DNA of 64,000 nucleotides from Vicugna vicugna (taxonomy: Eukaryota), in assembly GCA_013265495.1 (NCBI GenBank), contig MU058531.1, positions 984,678-1,048,677 on the forward strand. The letters run 5' to 3'. The notes under the pieces were generated by a model that saw only the letters and a program-made list of their open reading frames with translations, did no database searches and was not told the origin of the DNA. This document shows positions 1-14,318 of the stretch, piece after piece. How positions within the stretch are numbered: position 1 is the stretch's first letter; every line of letters starts with the position of its first letter. Position numbers and translations under genes: made by a program.

Positions 1-1699
1 CTCGGGGATGATCAGTTTCTACTGGGACATTAAAGGAACACTATATAAATAACTAGTGTTTAAGCTGCACATTGAATACTGAACAGAATTCAACAGGAGG
101 ACTAAATGGAAAGATTCCAAGGTAGAAGAGTCATGAAATGATCGAGAAAGATGAGTGGTCCAGTGTGTGTGTGTAGGTTTTGTTCATGTGCACTGAAGGG
201 GGAAATGGAGGAGAGAGAACCACCAGAGATAACACTAGCATTAATGAAAATATGTCATAGCCCACAAAACTATACTGAGAATAAAGATGGACATGTAGTA
301 TTTTTCTTATGTATAGCGAGCCCAAAAGAAAACGTTTAAAGTGAACTCTGTTCATATTCCCTTTCAGCTTTTTTCTTTAAGTCAAAATACAATTATAATT
401 TCCAATAAGTTGAAGCTTAATAATCCTCCTGTTCCTTGTTCTCTAACATTTTCTCACAAACATGAAAATTATTCTAGTATTTGACCAAGAGTTTTAATTT
501 TTCAAGTTTGAAATATCTGGTCGCAGCTGTTCCCTATAGTTCTCTGGCATTTACCTGGGAAATCTCCAAGTCTATTTTCAGTATAGTCTACAAGAAATAC
601 ATCATGAAATTAAAGAACTTTGAAGAGGGAAGAAACTATAAAATGATGTAACTCAAATTCCTCATTTTCAAAGGCATCTGTGACCCATAAAGGTTAGATG
701 ACTGTTGAAAGGATGAAATGAAACAAAATGTGAAACCATTTTTTTAACTCAAAATCCACTGAAAGAAAAAAATATTTTTAAGTGTTGAACAAGTTCATCA
801 CACAAATTCTCAGTGCTGGGAATATAGCCATAATAGCGTGATTCCAATTTTTAAGTTTCTTGACTTCCAATCCAAGCTTATCTTCATTCAGGGTACTGTG
901 GGGGATTTAAAAAAAAAAAAAAGACAACACTTAGTCTCTGGTTCCAAGACTTCAAAGTCTAATTGGGAAGATAACTGATAAAGTCTGTAAATAGAAGAAG
1001 CTCTTTTTTTTTTTTTTCCTTTTTGGCTTCAGCCATACTAGACGGAAATAAACATAATTGTTGGTTCATAACACATTATCAACATTGCTCCATGTATGAC
1101 CCTATTTTTCATTAATTTTATTTATCTTTAAAAATAATACAGTGAATAACATGAATGTACCATCCACCCCAAGAACCAGGATGCAGACAGTTACATCTAC
1201 CCATGGGCACCTTCCTGTCCCTTTCTCTGCCCTCCCTCGCACGGGAGGGAAAAGCCCACTTCCTGCTGTTAATAAGGGAGGACTCAGTGGAATCGGTCAG
1301 ATGTGAGCTAAGGATAATCAGCAGCGTGTGGATAAATGGAAAACAATACCCAAATGTGAATAAAATCTTGAACAAAGTTCAAACATAAAAACCTACAAGG
1401 CAGGGTTGCAGGGGGGAGTAGGGGGAATACAAAGACTGATTCAGCTGGAATAATAATTTGTGCAAGGGCTTAATGAGAAACAAGAAAAGATATACCTATG
1501 GATACTGAGCTCTAAACAACACCTAAAGTGTCTTAAGTTTATTCTGAAGACAATAGGGAGATTTTCAAAGGGGAAATGAATGATCAAAGCTGTGTTTGGG
1601 GAAAATCAGCAGGATGGATATAAGCAAAGTAGACTGAAGGGAAGGAAACCAAAATCAGGAAGTTCAGCTCAGAACTGTACAAGAAAACGACACAAAAAA

Positions 1700-4500
1700 T
1701 GGCAACTGGCCAACATTCCAGTAGCAGCCATTCTCTGCTTTCCACAAAAACCCCCATCCCTCATGAAAAATCAAAGACATACAACTCACAAAATCACTTA
1801 CATGAATAATCTAACTATTAACAAGGACCTTCAGCTTATCTTAAAAATATTCAACAAAGCATAGCTTAAAAATAAACACATCTATTAAAATCACAGAGAG
1901 TTAAAGGATAAACAGATCCACTGGGCAAACTTTTTAAAAAGCAGATTGGCCATGTTAATTTCAGGTGAAGTAGGTTATATAATTCAGCTGACTTCAAATA
2001 TCTATAGGAAAATAATAAATTTCCCAGATCGACCTCAAAAGAAGTAGACAATGTAAATAGACTACTAATAATGAAGGAAACTGAAAGATTAAAGGAAAAA
2101 AAAGGCTGCAGAACTGGATGTTCTATGGACAAAAAGATGTAAATCCATCCAATTCATTTTATGAATCTAATACAATTCTAGTATCTGAAAAAACTAGCTC
2201 CAAATAAGAATAAATTGCTGAAATTAACTGTAGCTCAGTCTCATGTCTTTCATTTTAATATATATTACATAGGGCCTGTAATCTACCAGGTACTATGCTA
2301 AAACACAAGAAAAAAGATGGTCTCTGTCTTCCCAGTTCTTATAGTCTAGCCATTAAACAAGTAATTATTAGTGTGATTGGGTAGATATGTGATATGCGAA
2401 AATCAAAACAAAATACTGACAAACATTTGGAAAAAAAACTAAAAGAAGAATTCATAATGACCATGGACGGGATTAATCCCACAAATGCAAGTATAATGTT
2501 TAGAAATTTATATAATTAGTAGTATATCAACATATTTAATATATATTAGATATTTGCATATATATATGCTAATACATAGCTAGTGAAAAGAAATTTAATT
2601 ATATTAAAAACCAACTTTTTTATTCTTAAAAAATAAAAAATAAGATCAGCTCAGAATTAAAGACCATTGTATACCACAGCCTCAATCTTTACACACCAAT
2701 TTCTTGATGTATAAAAAGAGTTTTTTTCAAAACCCGTAACAGTATTGGAAAGCAAGAAGGTTCACCTTCAATGAATCAAAATTCATATGGAATCCCTTAA
2801 AGACAGAAGGTAGACTGGATCCGATTAAAAGAGGAATCACAGACCAAAATGCTCAGAGAAAATGACTGCTGAAAAATGTGTGGGAGCTTCTAGGGGTGCT
2901 CTAAGCTAGAAAGTGGGGTGGGTGTAGGGACAGTGTGCAGACAGTTATCACAGTAGGAATGAACCTCCACTCAAGCCTATGCCCCAAACACTAACTAGCA
3001 GAACACTGCACCTGGAAGTGCATGCTCCCACCCTCACTGTTCTGGGCCACGGCAGTGGGAGACACCATTAACAGACAGGGAAGGTAAGCCCACAACCAAG
3101 AACCACAAAATATTTGGGGACAACCACAATCACCAGAGTGAAGCACCAAACTCAACACACCTAACACCAGAGGTCAAGAATTATTAGAACAAACACAGAG
3201 ACTTGAAAATAAGTATAATTTTAAAAATTGTAATTAATATCCCTAAAATGATTAGACAAGATTTTGAAGTCATTGGAAAGTAAAAATTATTTAGAAATTG
3301 TATCTTAGAAATATACTAGGAGTTTTGTTTTCTCAAAATGAGTCAAGTAATTCTAAAGCTCATCTAGAAGAACACTAAGATGATATTAGTCAAAAAATTT
3401 TGCAAAGGAAATGGATGATCCTATCAGGTAATAAAAAATTAAAACAGCAAGATATTGGTATAAGAACTGATAACTAATCAGACAGAATAATAGCCCAGAA
3501 GTATTAAACCTTACTACAACAAAGAAAGTAACAAAAGAACTGAATGCAAAAAAAAAAAAATCCATGAAATATCTAAGATAAATCACAAACAAGTATTTAA
3601 ATTATCAAGGGATAAATAAAGACATCTTGAGGAAAAATCCAACCTAAGATATATGAATGATATAAATAAATGAAGATAGATTTGACTACATTAAAAACAC
3701 CATACAAAATTTAAAAAGCAAATGATAAACCAGAAAAGTATATATGAAACATTTATGACAAAAAGAGATTATTCTTCAAATATAAAGAGTTCCTATGAGT
3801 TAATTTTTAATTAGTATAGATATTGAGATACAAAGAAAAGAAAGATTATTTGAATATTCACCATTTTAATGGTATTTGAGTTATAAAAGCAAAAATTTTA
3901 GTTTCTTTATACTTTTTTTGTATATCACAAATTTTCTACAATAAACATAGTATTTTTAATCAGAAATAAATTATTCCTAGCAAAATAAAGATGAATATAC
4001 AGGCAAAGACAATTCACAAAAAAATAAATAGGTGGACAGTTAATACATGATAAGAGTTGGACATCTCTAATCAAAAATACAAAACAAAACGGGATCCCGT
4101 GTTTGTTTCTTAAATTGTCAAGGCTTAAAGAAAAGAAATTTTTTTAATGATACTACCCAGTGTTGGCAAAAATGCAATGAAACAGATACTCTCACACACT
4201 CTTGGTGGTAAAAACTAAACTGGTATAATCTATTTCAGAAGGAATGTGGCAATATATACCATAAATATGAAAAATATACCAACTCTTGCAATGCCTATTT
4301 ACAGGAAATTATCCTGTAAAAAATAATCAGAGCAGCAAACAAGTATTTTCATGATACCCTTAATGATAGTCAAAACCCAGAAACAACCTGAATATCAATA
4401 TACAGGAAAATAACTAAATAAGTTATGCAGTCACCAAAAGACATAATTTTGAAAAATGACTCAATTGTGGGGTAATTGCACCCAAAATAATTTTAAATAA
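1700..4500 (+). mobile_element. Highly decayed L1M-type fragments
   Basis: A-rich strand bias with scattered L1 ORF2 and 3'UTR relics. Boundaries uncertain. Confidence 0.5.
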
Positions 4501-4539
4501 AAACAGCAAGACATAAAATTCTATCTACAGTGAGAATTT

Positions 4540-5110
4540 AAAACGGTGCAGCAGCTGTGGAAAACAGTATGAGGGTTCTTGAAAAAATTAAAAATAGAAT
4601 TAGCATACAACCCAGCAATTCCACTTCTGGATACACACCCAAAAGAACAGAAAGCAGGGTCTTTCAGAGATATGTGCCCACCCATGTTTATAGTACCATT
4701 ATTCACAGTAGCCAAAAGGTAGAAGCAACCCAAGTGTCCATTAATAGATGAATGGATAAACAAGATGTGATCTATTCACACAATGAAATACTACTCAGCC
4801 TTAAAGAGGAAAGATATGACACCTGCTATAACATGGGTGAACCTTGAAGACATAATGCTGAGCAAGATAAGACAGTCACAAAAAGACAAATGCTGTGTAA
4901 TTTCCACTAACAGGTGGTACCTAGAGGAGTCAAATTCACGGAGACAGAAAAGAGAACGGCAGTTGCCAGGAGCTGAGGGGAGAGAGGCATGGGGAGTTGT
5001 TTAATGGGTACAGAGTTTCCCTTTTGTAAGGGGAGGAGAGCTGTGACTTAATAATGGTTAAGATCATAAATTTTACGTTATGTGCATTTAACCACAATTA
5101 TTTAAATGAG
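4540..5110 (+). mobile_element. L1 3' end fragment (L1MA-like)
   Basis: ORF2 C-terminal and 3'UTR sequence (gtggaaaacagtatg...cccagcaattccacttctgg...cacaaaaagacaaatgctg). Confidence 0.85.
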
Positions 5111-5716
5111 GGGAAGAAAATTGAGCATGAATCCACATTTGAAAGACATTTATATGCAAGAGGAAAAAATGACCATCTTCCGCTACCACCTCCACTACCA
5201 CTATCTTCTAAGGAGATTGACGGTATGAACACAAAAGCTCAAAAGTTCTCTGAATACTAAACAATAAAATAATACCTTCCATGGGATATTAGAAGGCTAG
5301 GAGTGAACAAGGAGAAAGAAGGCAGGATGTAGCAAGGTGGGAGCCCACGAAATGGAGAGGAAGATTAAAAGAACAACCAAAACTCCATTGCCAAACAGAA
5401 TTTACAAATGACTTATAAGTATTTCTAGGCAAGTGGAATTTTCGGAGGAAGCTGAGAAGAGGCTGAATGGCAGCTGACATCTAGGTTATAAAGAGATGTC
5501 TAAGAAAAAAGACTAGAACGATATCTCCTAGAAGTCAATGATAGGTATTTTTGGATGGTGGGATGCCTGATGATTTTTTTCCCCTTCTCAAGTGTATTCA
5601 TTTATGGATTATCTAAATTTCCTACAATCAGCATGCAGGGATTTGTTCTTTAGTGGCTGTCTTGGAGTGCAGTTAAAAAACAAAACAAAACAAAACAAAA
5701 AAACAGGGGAGGGACA

Positions 5717-5846
5717 GGGGCATGGGTATAACTCAAGTGGCAGAGTGCATGCTTAGCATGCACAAGGTCTTGGGTTCAATCCCCAGTACCTCCTCTAAAA
5801 ATAAACCTAATTACTAACCCCCCACCAAAAAAAAACAAAACAAAAC
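5717..5846 (+). mobile_element. tRNA-Ala-derived SINE (camelid Vic-1-like)
   Basis: GGGTATAACTCAAGTGGCAGAGTGCATGCTTAGCATGCACAAGGTCTTGGGTTCAATCCCCAGTACCTCC (A box, AGC anticodon arm, B box), then AAACCTAATTA-C-run and an A-rich tail. Confidence 0.85.
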
Positions 5847-7864
5847 AGGAGAGGGGTGATGGGAATGAAAGCAAAGAAAGCAAGAAGCACTGCCTTGTTG
5901 AAGACAAATCTATAGGGTTTAGGATGGGGGCCACTGAGGGACTTGATTCTTTTGTAGTTCATTCATTCACTGATTCATAGATCTAACACACATTTAACAA
6001 AACTCAAAGGAAAACAGAATGAAGAAGACCTGGTCCTTGCCCTCAAGGAGCCGTCAGTCTAACAGACTGGCAGTCCGCAAACCATAAAGCCAGTGAGAAG
6101 CACTGGAAGATACGCTGTGCACTAAGGGTATGCTCCAGGAAGAACTAGAAACTTTGTCAAAGTGCTAACAGGAATCTAGGATGGAAAAATGCTGTGAATT
6201 AGTATAAACCAAAAGAATCAAGATACTATCATAACTATCTGAATTAATCTACCGAGGAACAAAAACCCCATAAAACCATGATGAACGTTATCAAGGAAGA
6301 CGTCTCACTAAGCAAATTGTCCTATAGAGCATGTGTATGCTGTAAACATTTTGATAGGCACTTTTGAATGCAATCTTTTAAAAGTAATTTGTGGGCTTTT
6401 ATGCATCCTGAAACCACATCTGCAGAACAAACTCTGATGTTTTCCTGATCACTCAACACCATCAGAAGAACCAAGCATCACGCGGCCTATGACACAGTTA
6501 CGCCCCCAGGAGCTACTAGGTCCTCTAGGATTATTTCCTCCATACTGGGTCCAGATTTCTTCAGGGTTTTTTTTGTTCCTGTATGTGTGTTCTGAAGCTT
6601 TTTATACTTTTTGTCTTAAACACATTGAATTTTAGAGCTGGAAAGGAACTCAGAGATTAACCGGTTCAACCCACTCATCTCACAGACGAGGAAACTATTT
6701 CTTCCTCCACTGTGAAGCTGGGCCTCCAACTTCGTGCCATTTTAATGCTCCTGCCGCAATCAGCTCCTCTCCCTTTTCTGATGTTCCACCTCTAATCTGA
6801 CAACTGGGAAAGCAGATAAGCAACCTTGTTAGAATTATACCCAAAATAACCATAATCTAAATGGAAAAAAATATTCTAAGAATATGAAGTATGAGTTTTA
6901 ATGTTGTTCTCTTGGGCCATACTTTGTGGGAACCTGGAGTTCTCGTTTTCATTCTCGGGAATGTATTTACAACATAAACTAAAGGTTTCCAGGACTATCA
7001 CTTAAAGAAAGATCATCCTCTGAAAAGGAGGAATTCCTCCCCTTATGAACTGTATGATCTTGAGTAAACTGCAATCATTCTGAGCCTCAGTTAGCTCACA
7101 TATTTAAAGGGATGGAAGTCTACCTGGGACAATAATGAATGGATTAAATGAAGTCATGTGCTTTAAAGAGCGCTCAAAAACTGGGAGTTGCGTTTCCTCT
7201 GGATATATGCCAGGATTGCTGGACCGTATAGTAACTCACTATATATAAAGTAGGTAAACAACAAGGTCCTACTGGATAGCACAGAGAACTATAGTCAATA
7301 TCCTGTCACAGCCTATAATGAAAAGAATATTTACGTATAACTGAATCACTATGCTGTGCGCCAGAAACTAACACAACATAGTTAGCTGTCTTGTGCTCAG
7401 ATCAGAACCCCTCAAAGCCGAATGTCCACTGGGGAGACCCTGGGCTGGTTTCTTCTTGGTGCTTCCATGCTCATATTTGGGGACCTCCCCTGACTCAACT
7501 ACTCTTTCCCTCAAACTACCTGATAATACCTGCTGTTAAGTCTTACCTCATACCAGGTATACACTGGTATGACCACCAATTGTTAAAATATTATGATCCT
7601 TCCATTCTAGCTGGCAAACTGCTATTGCCCCAAGCTCCCTGAGTGGCCCCCACATCCCCATCAGCCAGCCCCAAGACCCACATCCACTGTGACTGGTCAG
7701 CAGTCATAGTTAAATATCTTGAATATCATTCCTGGTGTTCACGACCTCGGGCTTTGCCCTAGACCACAGAAATTTAGACAGTGAAAACACTGGAAGTCAT
7801 GATCTTTAAAGAGTATAGCTGGGACCCTTTGCACAAATAGTCACACAGCTTGCCTACTGCCTTT

Positions 7865-8275
7865 TTCTAAAATTTAAGTATAATCAGTTTACAATGTTGT
7901 GTCAATTTCTGATGTACAGCATGTTTCAGTCATACATGTACGTATTTTCATATTCTTTTTCATTATAGGTTACTACAAGATATTGAATATAGCTCCCTGT
8001 GCTATATAATATAAACTTGTTGTTTATCTATTTTATATATAATAATTAGTATCTGTAAATCTCAAACTCCGAATTCATCCCTTCCCACCCCCTTCCCTCC
8101 TGGTAACTATAAGTTTGTTTTCTATGTCTATGAGTCTGTTTCTGTTTTGTAAATAAGTTCATTTGTGTCTTTTTTTTTTGGTTCCACATATAAGTGATAT
8201 CATGTGGTATTTTTCTTTCTCTTTCTGGTTTCACTTAGAATGACCATATCCAGGTCGGTCCATGTTGCTGCAAAT
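7865..8275 (-). mobile_element. L1 3' end fragment
   Basis: Reverse complement matches the 3' end of the L1 at 34230-34640. Confidence 0.85.
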
Positions 8276-8599
8276 TGTCCCCTAACTTTATTCAGGTCTC
8301 TAGTCAAATGTCTTCCTACCAGAGAGAATGCCCCAGGCCACTCACTCTAAAGCAGTATTCCTCTGCCTCATCTCACCATATTTTAACTTGCTGCATAGCA
8401 CACATTTCTTACTATTATACTTTCTTAATATTTATGTTGTTTGGCTCCCTCCATTAGATCGAAGGTTCTTTGACAGTGAGTATTTGGTCTGGTTTGTTTG
8501 CTCTCTGTTCCTGATGTGTTGAACAGAATCCATTCCAGAGTAAGTGCTAATCAATATTTGCCAACAATAAATGAATAAAATAATTCACATATTACTAAG

Positions 8600-9500
8600 A
8601 TATGGATGAAAGAAAATATCTGCAAATCATACATCTGATAAAAGACTTATATCCAGAATATATAAAGGACTCCTACAAAATAATAAAACCACAAGGAACT
8701 CAATTTAAAAAGTGGGGGAAGTTCTGAATAGACATTTCACCAAAGAAAATACATGACTGGCTAATAAAATGCTCAAAATGGTTAGTGGGTAGGAACTTAA
8801 TGACAATGAAATTCTAATACACATCTGCTAGGGTGGCTATAAGCAAAATGACTGATGTGAACATTAAGACCCTGGACTCCCATACACTACTTTTGGGAAT
8901 GTCCAACCACTTTGGAAAATAGTTTGACAGTTTCTTAGAAAGTTAAACATATTCTTACTAGTAATTCCACTTGTAGTTATCTACCCAAGAAAAAAATGTA
9001 AAAATGTCCACAGAAGGATTTATAACAGAGCTACTCATAATAGCAAAAAAAGTGGAAACATTCCAGATGTTCTTCAACTGTTGAATGGATAAACAAAATA
9101 TGGTATATCCATATAACAGAATACTATTCTGCAAAAAAAAGTGTGTATATAAAGAAATGAGCGACTGATACATACTACAGTATGGATGAACCTCAAAAAT
9201 ATCATGCCAAGTGAAAGAAGACACAAAAGACCACATTTGTATGATCCTGTTTATATGAAATTTCAAAGAAAGGCAAATCTGTAGACACTGAAAGCAGATG
9301 AGTGGTTGCCTGGGAGTGGTCAATGGGAAGTAAGGGCACAGGGAATGGGGGTGGGGAGGTTGGAAATGTTCCAGGACTGGATCGTGGTGAAAGAGACACA
9401 ACTCTATAAGAAATTCACTCAAAGTCACTGCTCTGTGTACTTACACTGTGTAAATTTTATGGTATGTAAATTATCCCTCATCAAAGCTGTTAAACAACAA
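8600..9500 (+). mobile_element. Old L1 (L1MB/MC-like) 3' fragment
   Basis: gaaaatatctgcaaatcatacatctgataaaagacttatatccag and a typical 3'UTR ending atcaaagctgttaaa. Confidence 0.8.
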
Positions 9501-12500
9501 CAAAAAGATGAAATAAAAACCACTATACTATGTGTGTTCATTCTACTCCCTCCCAGAAAATCTCTCCTACTCCCTTTTCACTAATCCTGCTTCTCTATCC
9601 ACTGTGGCAAGAAGACATGTGTAGGGCTGGGGACCCAAGTCATTAGGGATCTGCTGGGTTTGGAAACCTATGTTTGAACAACATAATCCATACTGCCATA
9701 ACTTCTCCCAAATAGCTACTGATTTGTGGATAATTTATAGTCACAACTCCAAATTGCCCCATGAAGGCTTAACCTTTAATCTAGTTTCTACCTCTGGCAT
9801 CTACCTGCTCCCAACTGTTGGTTCCCAAGCTCACTTTTGTCCTGGACACTGGCATTAGTTCAGCCTTATTTCTCAATACATAAACCTGACACAAAAATCT
9901 GAAATCCCATCCCAGTCCCTGGGCCAACAATCTCATTTAGACTGGCACCAGCTAGTGTCCCACAAGTTCTAGGGAGAGGTAGAGTTCAAGTAGTCTCTCA
10001 CAAACTAAAAGGTACACCCCAAGGATTCCCATCCTCCTTCAAAAATGAGGACCCCTTTTAAATGTCAAAACATTTTTCAAACCCACATTTAGTAGTAATT
10101 GTACTTTTAGTATCAGTTGACTGAAAAAATTCAGACTGACAAAAAGCTATGATAGCTTAAATATTCCTAAGTAAATTTGCATTTTATTAATCATAACTAC
10201 ATTTACATTTATCAAGAAGGAAAATCTGTCATTCTAAGAGAGGGGGAATTACTTACAGATCCTGGGAGGAGATCCTAAGCATATGAACTAGTACAAGTCA
10301 AGGATCAAAATGTCAACAGGCCCCACCATCCTGCCAAGTATGTTGTTTCAAAGGATGGTTGTAACACCCTAACACGACAGTGAAAGCAAATCTCCACAAC
10401 TCACAAAAAAGCACTCTTGCATACATGTTTTTATTTTTACCACCGAAATACCATACCAACCCAACTTTTACAACGTGGAAACGGAGGCTAGAAGAGAGTG
10501 AAATAATGTCTTACAGCTAATGAGGAAGTCACAGAATGGAACTAAAAGCAAGGCCTTCACCCTCCAAAGGCAGTGCTCTTTCTACATCATACCAGACACA
10601 GAAAATGAACAGACAAATAAAGGGGCCTCAGTAAAATTCTAATTAATTTTACAAGATTTCAATAGCCAACGGGGAACTCCTTGGAAGTCAAAGACAGATT
10701 AGGTACTACTGCTAACTTTAAACCATTCCGCACTTGACAATATGAATATTCATTCATTCAATAATTCAACAAATATTTCCCGACTGTTTATCCTGCACTC
10801 ATGCATTGGCCAAAGCCAAGTTTCAGTAATTACAACTTGAATACCATTCAACAATTGTTATAAACAAACAGTGTAATGATATTCTTCCATTGATGGTAAG
10901 AACCTGATTCACTGCCATATTGGTTGGTGGGTGTTTATTAAATTGATGAAAACTCTGCCTTTCCTAAAGAACAAAAACCATTTACCCCGAAAGACATGAA
11001 TTACATTCACACACAAATCATCTGCCTACACTGCTTTTAAATTTGTAACCAGATGAACACAGAAGCCCATTCACAAAATCTCTTTATTCTAGAGTGCCCA
11101 AGGTAATGCAAGAGTCATAGCTGAGAAGTTGCCCGAGTGCAGTGGAGCAGTGATCTGGGCCAGTCATTACAGGAAGATGTGACCCAGTGACGCTGCTCTA
11201 CAAAGAAAAGGGCATAAATAAACAACTTCTTCAATGAATGTTGTGTCTTTCACTGTCTTTTTGTCACTGGCGTCACTGGACAAGAAGTCAGCCCAGAATG
11301 CCTTCCAAGGTCTGGATCTGCCACTGAGTAGTCAGTCACTTCAGCTGGTGCTTACTTTCCTTGTGCTTCAGTCTTCGCTTTATAGAATGTGCAGCCTGGA
11401 CTACATAATCTGTAGGATTCCATAGCAATCAGGGTCTCTGCATGAAATGGACCGCACACTCAAATTAGGGTAATTCAAGGAGGCTGCTTACGGGGGTACG
11501 GGCAGGAGGTAGGGACACTACAAAGGACCATGCAGCCACAGGAGAATCATCACCATCCCAGGCCCACAGGGAGAAGGAAAGTAGGCAGGGCCCAGAAGGA
11601 AGGAGTTGTACAGCAAGGACTGTCTTAAGAGGAGCAGCCAACTTCCAGTCAAGGGACATGGTCAGTGCAAGGTGATCGACTTGCAGGAAGGGTTGGATCT
11701 CCCTTTGATCTCCTCCTCTGGACTTACCATTATCTGAACCCAAACAGAAGCCAGAGAGCGCATCAGTTTCCCAGAGCAGAGAACAGAGTAGAGAAGGGCA
11801 GAGAGTAGACCTGGAGATGGGAATTAGCACAGGTTTCCCTTCCAGTTTTAATGTCTACTGATTCTGTTTGGTAATTTGGGGGGACAGCTTGACTGACCTC
11901 ACTTGACCTCTGACATGCCAAACCTGGAACTTCTGGGCAATTAGGAATGGGTATGGACCAACATATGCACCAAGGTCAGCCCCTGCCCTGTCTCTGTACA
12001 AAGTATTTCAGGGTACTGATATCATGTGAACCTCCAAGGTCTAGATATTTTACTTGATTTTCATCTTTAAAAGAGGATACATGATCTAAAAGGAATACAC
12101 CATATTTTCCTTCTCTGTGCATAAGAGTTAAGACACCAGCTCTGAAATAAGAATATGCCCAAGTCTGATTCCAGGTTTTGACTCTGGGTGACCTGATTCA
12201 ACTCTCTAAACTTCTCTTCATTTGTAAAATAAGGATAATAGAACGTACCACACGGGGCTGTTAGGAAGATTCAGTGAGATGGTCATTGTGGAGCACAGGG
12301 TCTGACTGACACAGGACAGTATTTAACCCTTCACTTGGCATTTATTGAATAAAAATTTCTTGGGGAGTTGTTAATGGCCATTACTTGAGTTACCCTCCTT
12401 TTCCTTCATTCTCACTATGCAATACTCCTTCACTTTCTAGGGATCCCAAAATGCTAAGAATCAATCATGGATTTTTACTAAAGCTACACATTAAATGAAT

Positions 12501-14318
12501 TTGTTTGAGGAGTTATCACCTTAGACAAGATGAAATTAATAGCGTTCAGTGGAAAAATTCTTCATTTTGAAAATATAAATCTTACACATCAAAAATAAAA
12601 TCCAGGGAGACGGAGAAGATGGCAGAGTAGAAGGATGCTCGTAAGTCACCCTCTCCCACAAACACACCAAGACCCACATCTACAGACCCACTCAGCCAAC
12701 CAGAGCACCTGCGGAACTCCGACAGAACATCGCCCTCTTCAAAAGATAAAGACGCCAAAAATCTGGTAGGAGAAAAGGAAAAAAGAAAGAACAAAAGGCA
12801 AAGCAGTGCGGGACGGGTCCCGCGGGGAGGGAGCGGCAGAGGAGGACTGGCGCTCGCTCGCTGGGTCTCCCCTCTCCAACTGAGAGGCCAGCGGGACGGA
12901 GGGGGAGCCTCCGAGGCTCGGATCTGTACAGAGCAGCCCTTGTCTGACAGAACTAAGTTAAATGGGCACAGAGCGTCCCCCAGACACCCAGCCTGAGACG
13001 CGGGCCGGCAGCGACGGGCAGGGCCAGGCTGCACAAGCCGGGCGGAGGACGGGGGCGGCTGCATGGAGGCAGCCCCGGGGGACTGCAAGGGGCTGGGCGC
13101 CGAGGCTGTGGGTGTACAGGACAGAACAACCTGGGCCCTCCATAAAACAGCAAGGTTGATGTGCTCTTGGGGGAAGGGTGCATACCCCCATCTCTGAAAA
13201 CCCGCGGAAACTTTTCAGGGGAAGAGAGGCGGGGCCCAGGCACAGCCGCCATATTCTCCGGCGCTGAGCACCCAGGCGGGGGCAGAGGCGAAACCTGCGT
13301 CCGCACCGAAGGGCTTAGCAGCCTCAAGGGCCAGACTGAGACGGGCCTACAGCCCGGGGCAGATAGGATCCTTCCATTCTGGTCCCCCAGAGAACTTGCT
13401 CCACAAAGACAAACAAGCACCAGGGTCTTGGCTCGGAGCAGGGACGAGGCTGTCCCTCGGTCTTCCCCGAGCCCACCCGCGGAGCGCCGACCAGGGCGGA
13501 GCGCGCAGCCGCACAGAGCAGCGGAGCTACCGGCGGCGCAGGCAGAGGGAGAGCAGTCCCCCGCCTGTCGGGCAGGAACACAGCCCCTGACCGAGGTGCT
13601 GGGAGGGGGCACGACCCGCCCTCCTGCCTGGCCAGTCTGCAACATCTGACTGCGGCATCCGGAGGGGCAGTGACCCGCCCGCCCGCAGCAGAGGAGAGCT
13701 GCATCTGACCCCGTGTTAGGAGGAGGCGCGATCTGCTTGCCGACAGGTGCTGGGAGCAGCACAGAAGAGGGCGCCAACGGAGGGCCTATGAAAACAAGCT
13801 GAGCTTCCAAAACAGGACGAAGACAGAAGGACTTCACATTAAAAGCACACAGACTCCAGGAGAACACCGACAACCCCTTTTTTTTTTTTTTGTTTTTTTT
13901 TTTGTTTTTTTTTGTTTGTTTTGTTCTTAAATCTGTTTTTACCTGTTCTATTTTCAATTACTCTCTTAATTTTTACTTCTTAATTCATTTCTATTTCTCT
14001 TGGGTTTTGATGTCCTGTTATTGATTAGACACAGGTTTCAAATACATCTATTCATCTCCCCACCCCTTTTTTTTTTAAAGGTTTTAAAAGGACGTCTCAA
14101 CCCGATTAATACTCTGCTTCAACTCGCTCTTCTATTATTCATTATACACTGTTTTCAAACCCTCTTTCTCCCTTCTTTTAAAAATCTTTCTCTCTCTCTC
14201 TTATTTTTTCTTTCTTTTTTTTTCCTAAGTTCTATTCATAAATAGGCATTAGATAGATAAAATCCTTAAGATCCAAAATAGACAACTGATACTCCATAAA
14301 CCACAGTGCCAGAGAGGT

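Noticed and set aside
5717..5793. Possible tRNA-Ala gene (also at 54586-54660 and 63888-63962)
   Set aside because: Mismatched stems, A-rich tails and multiple diverged copies indicate SINEs, not functional tRNAs.
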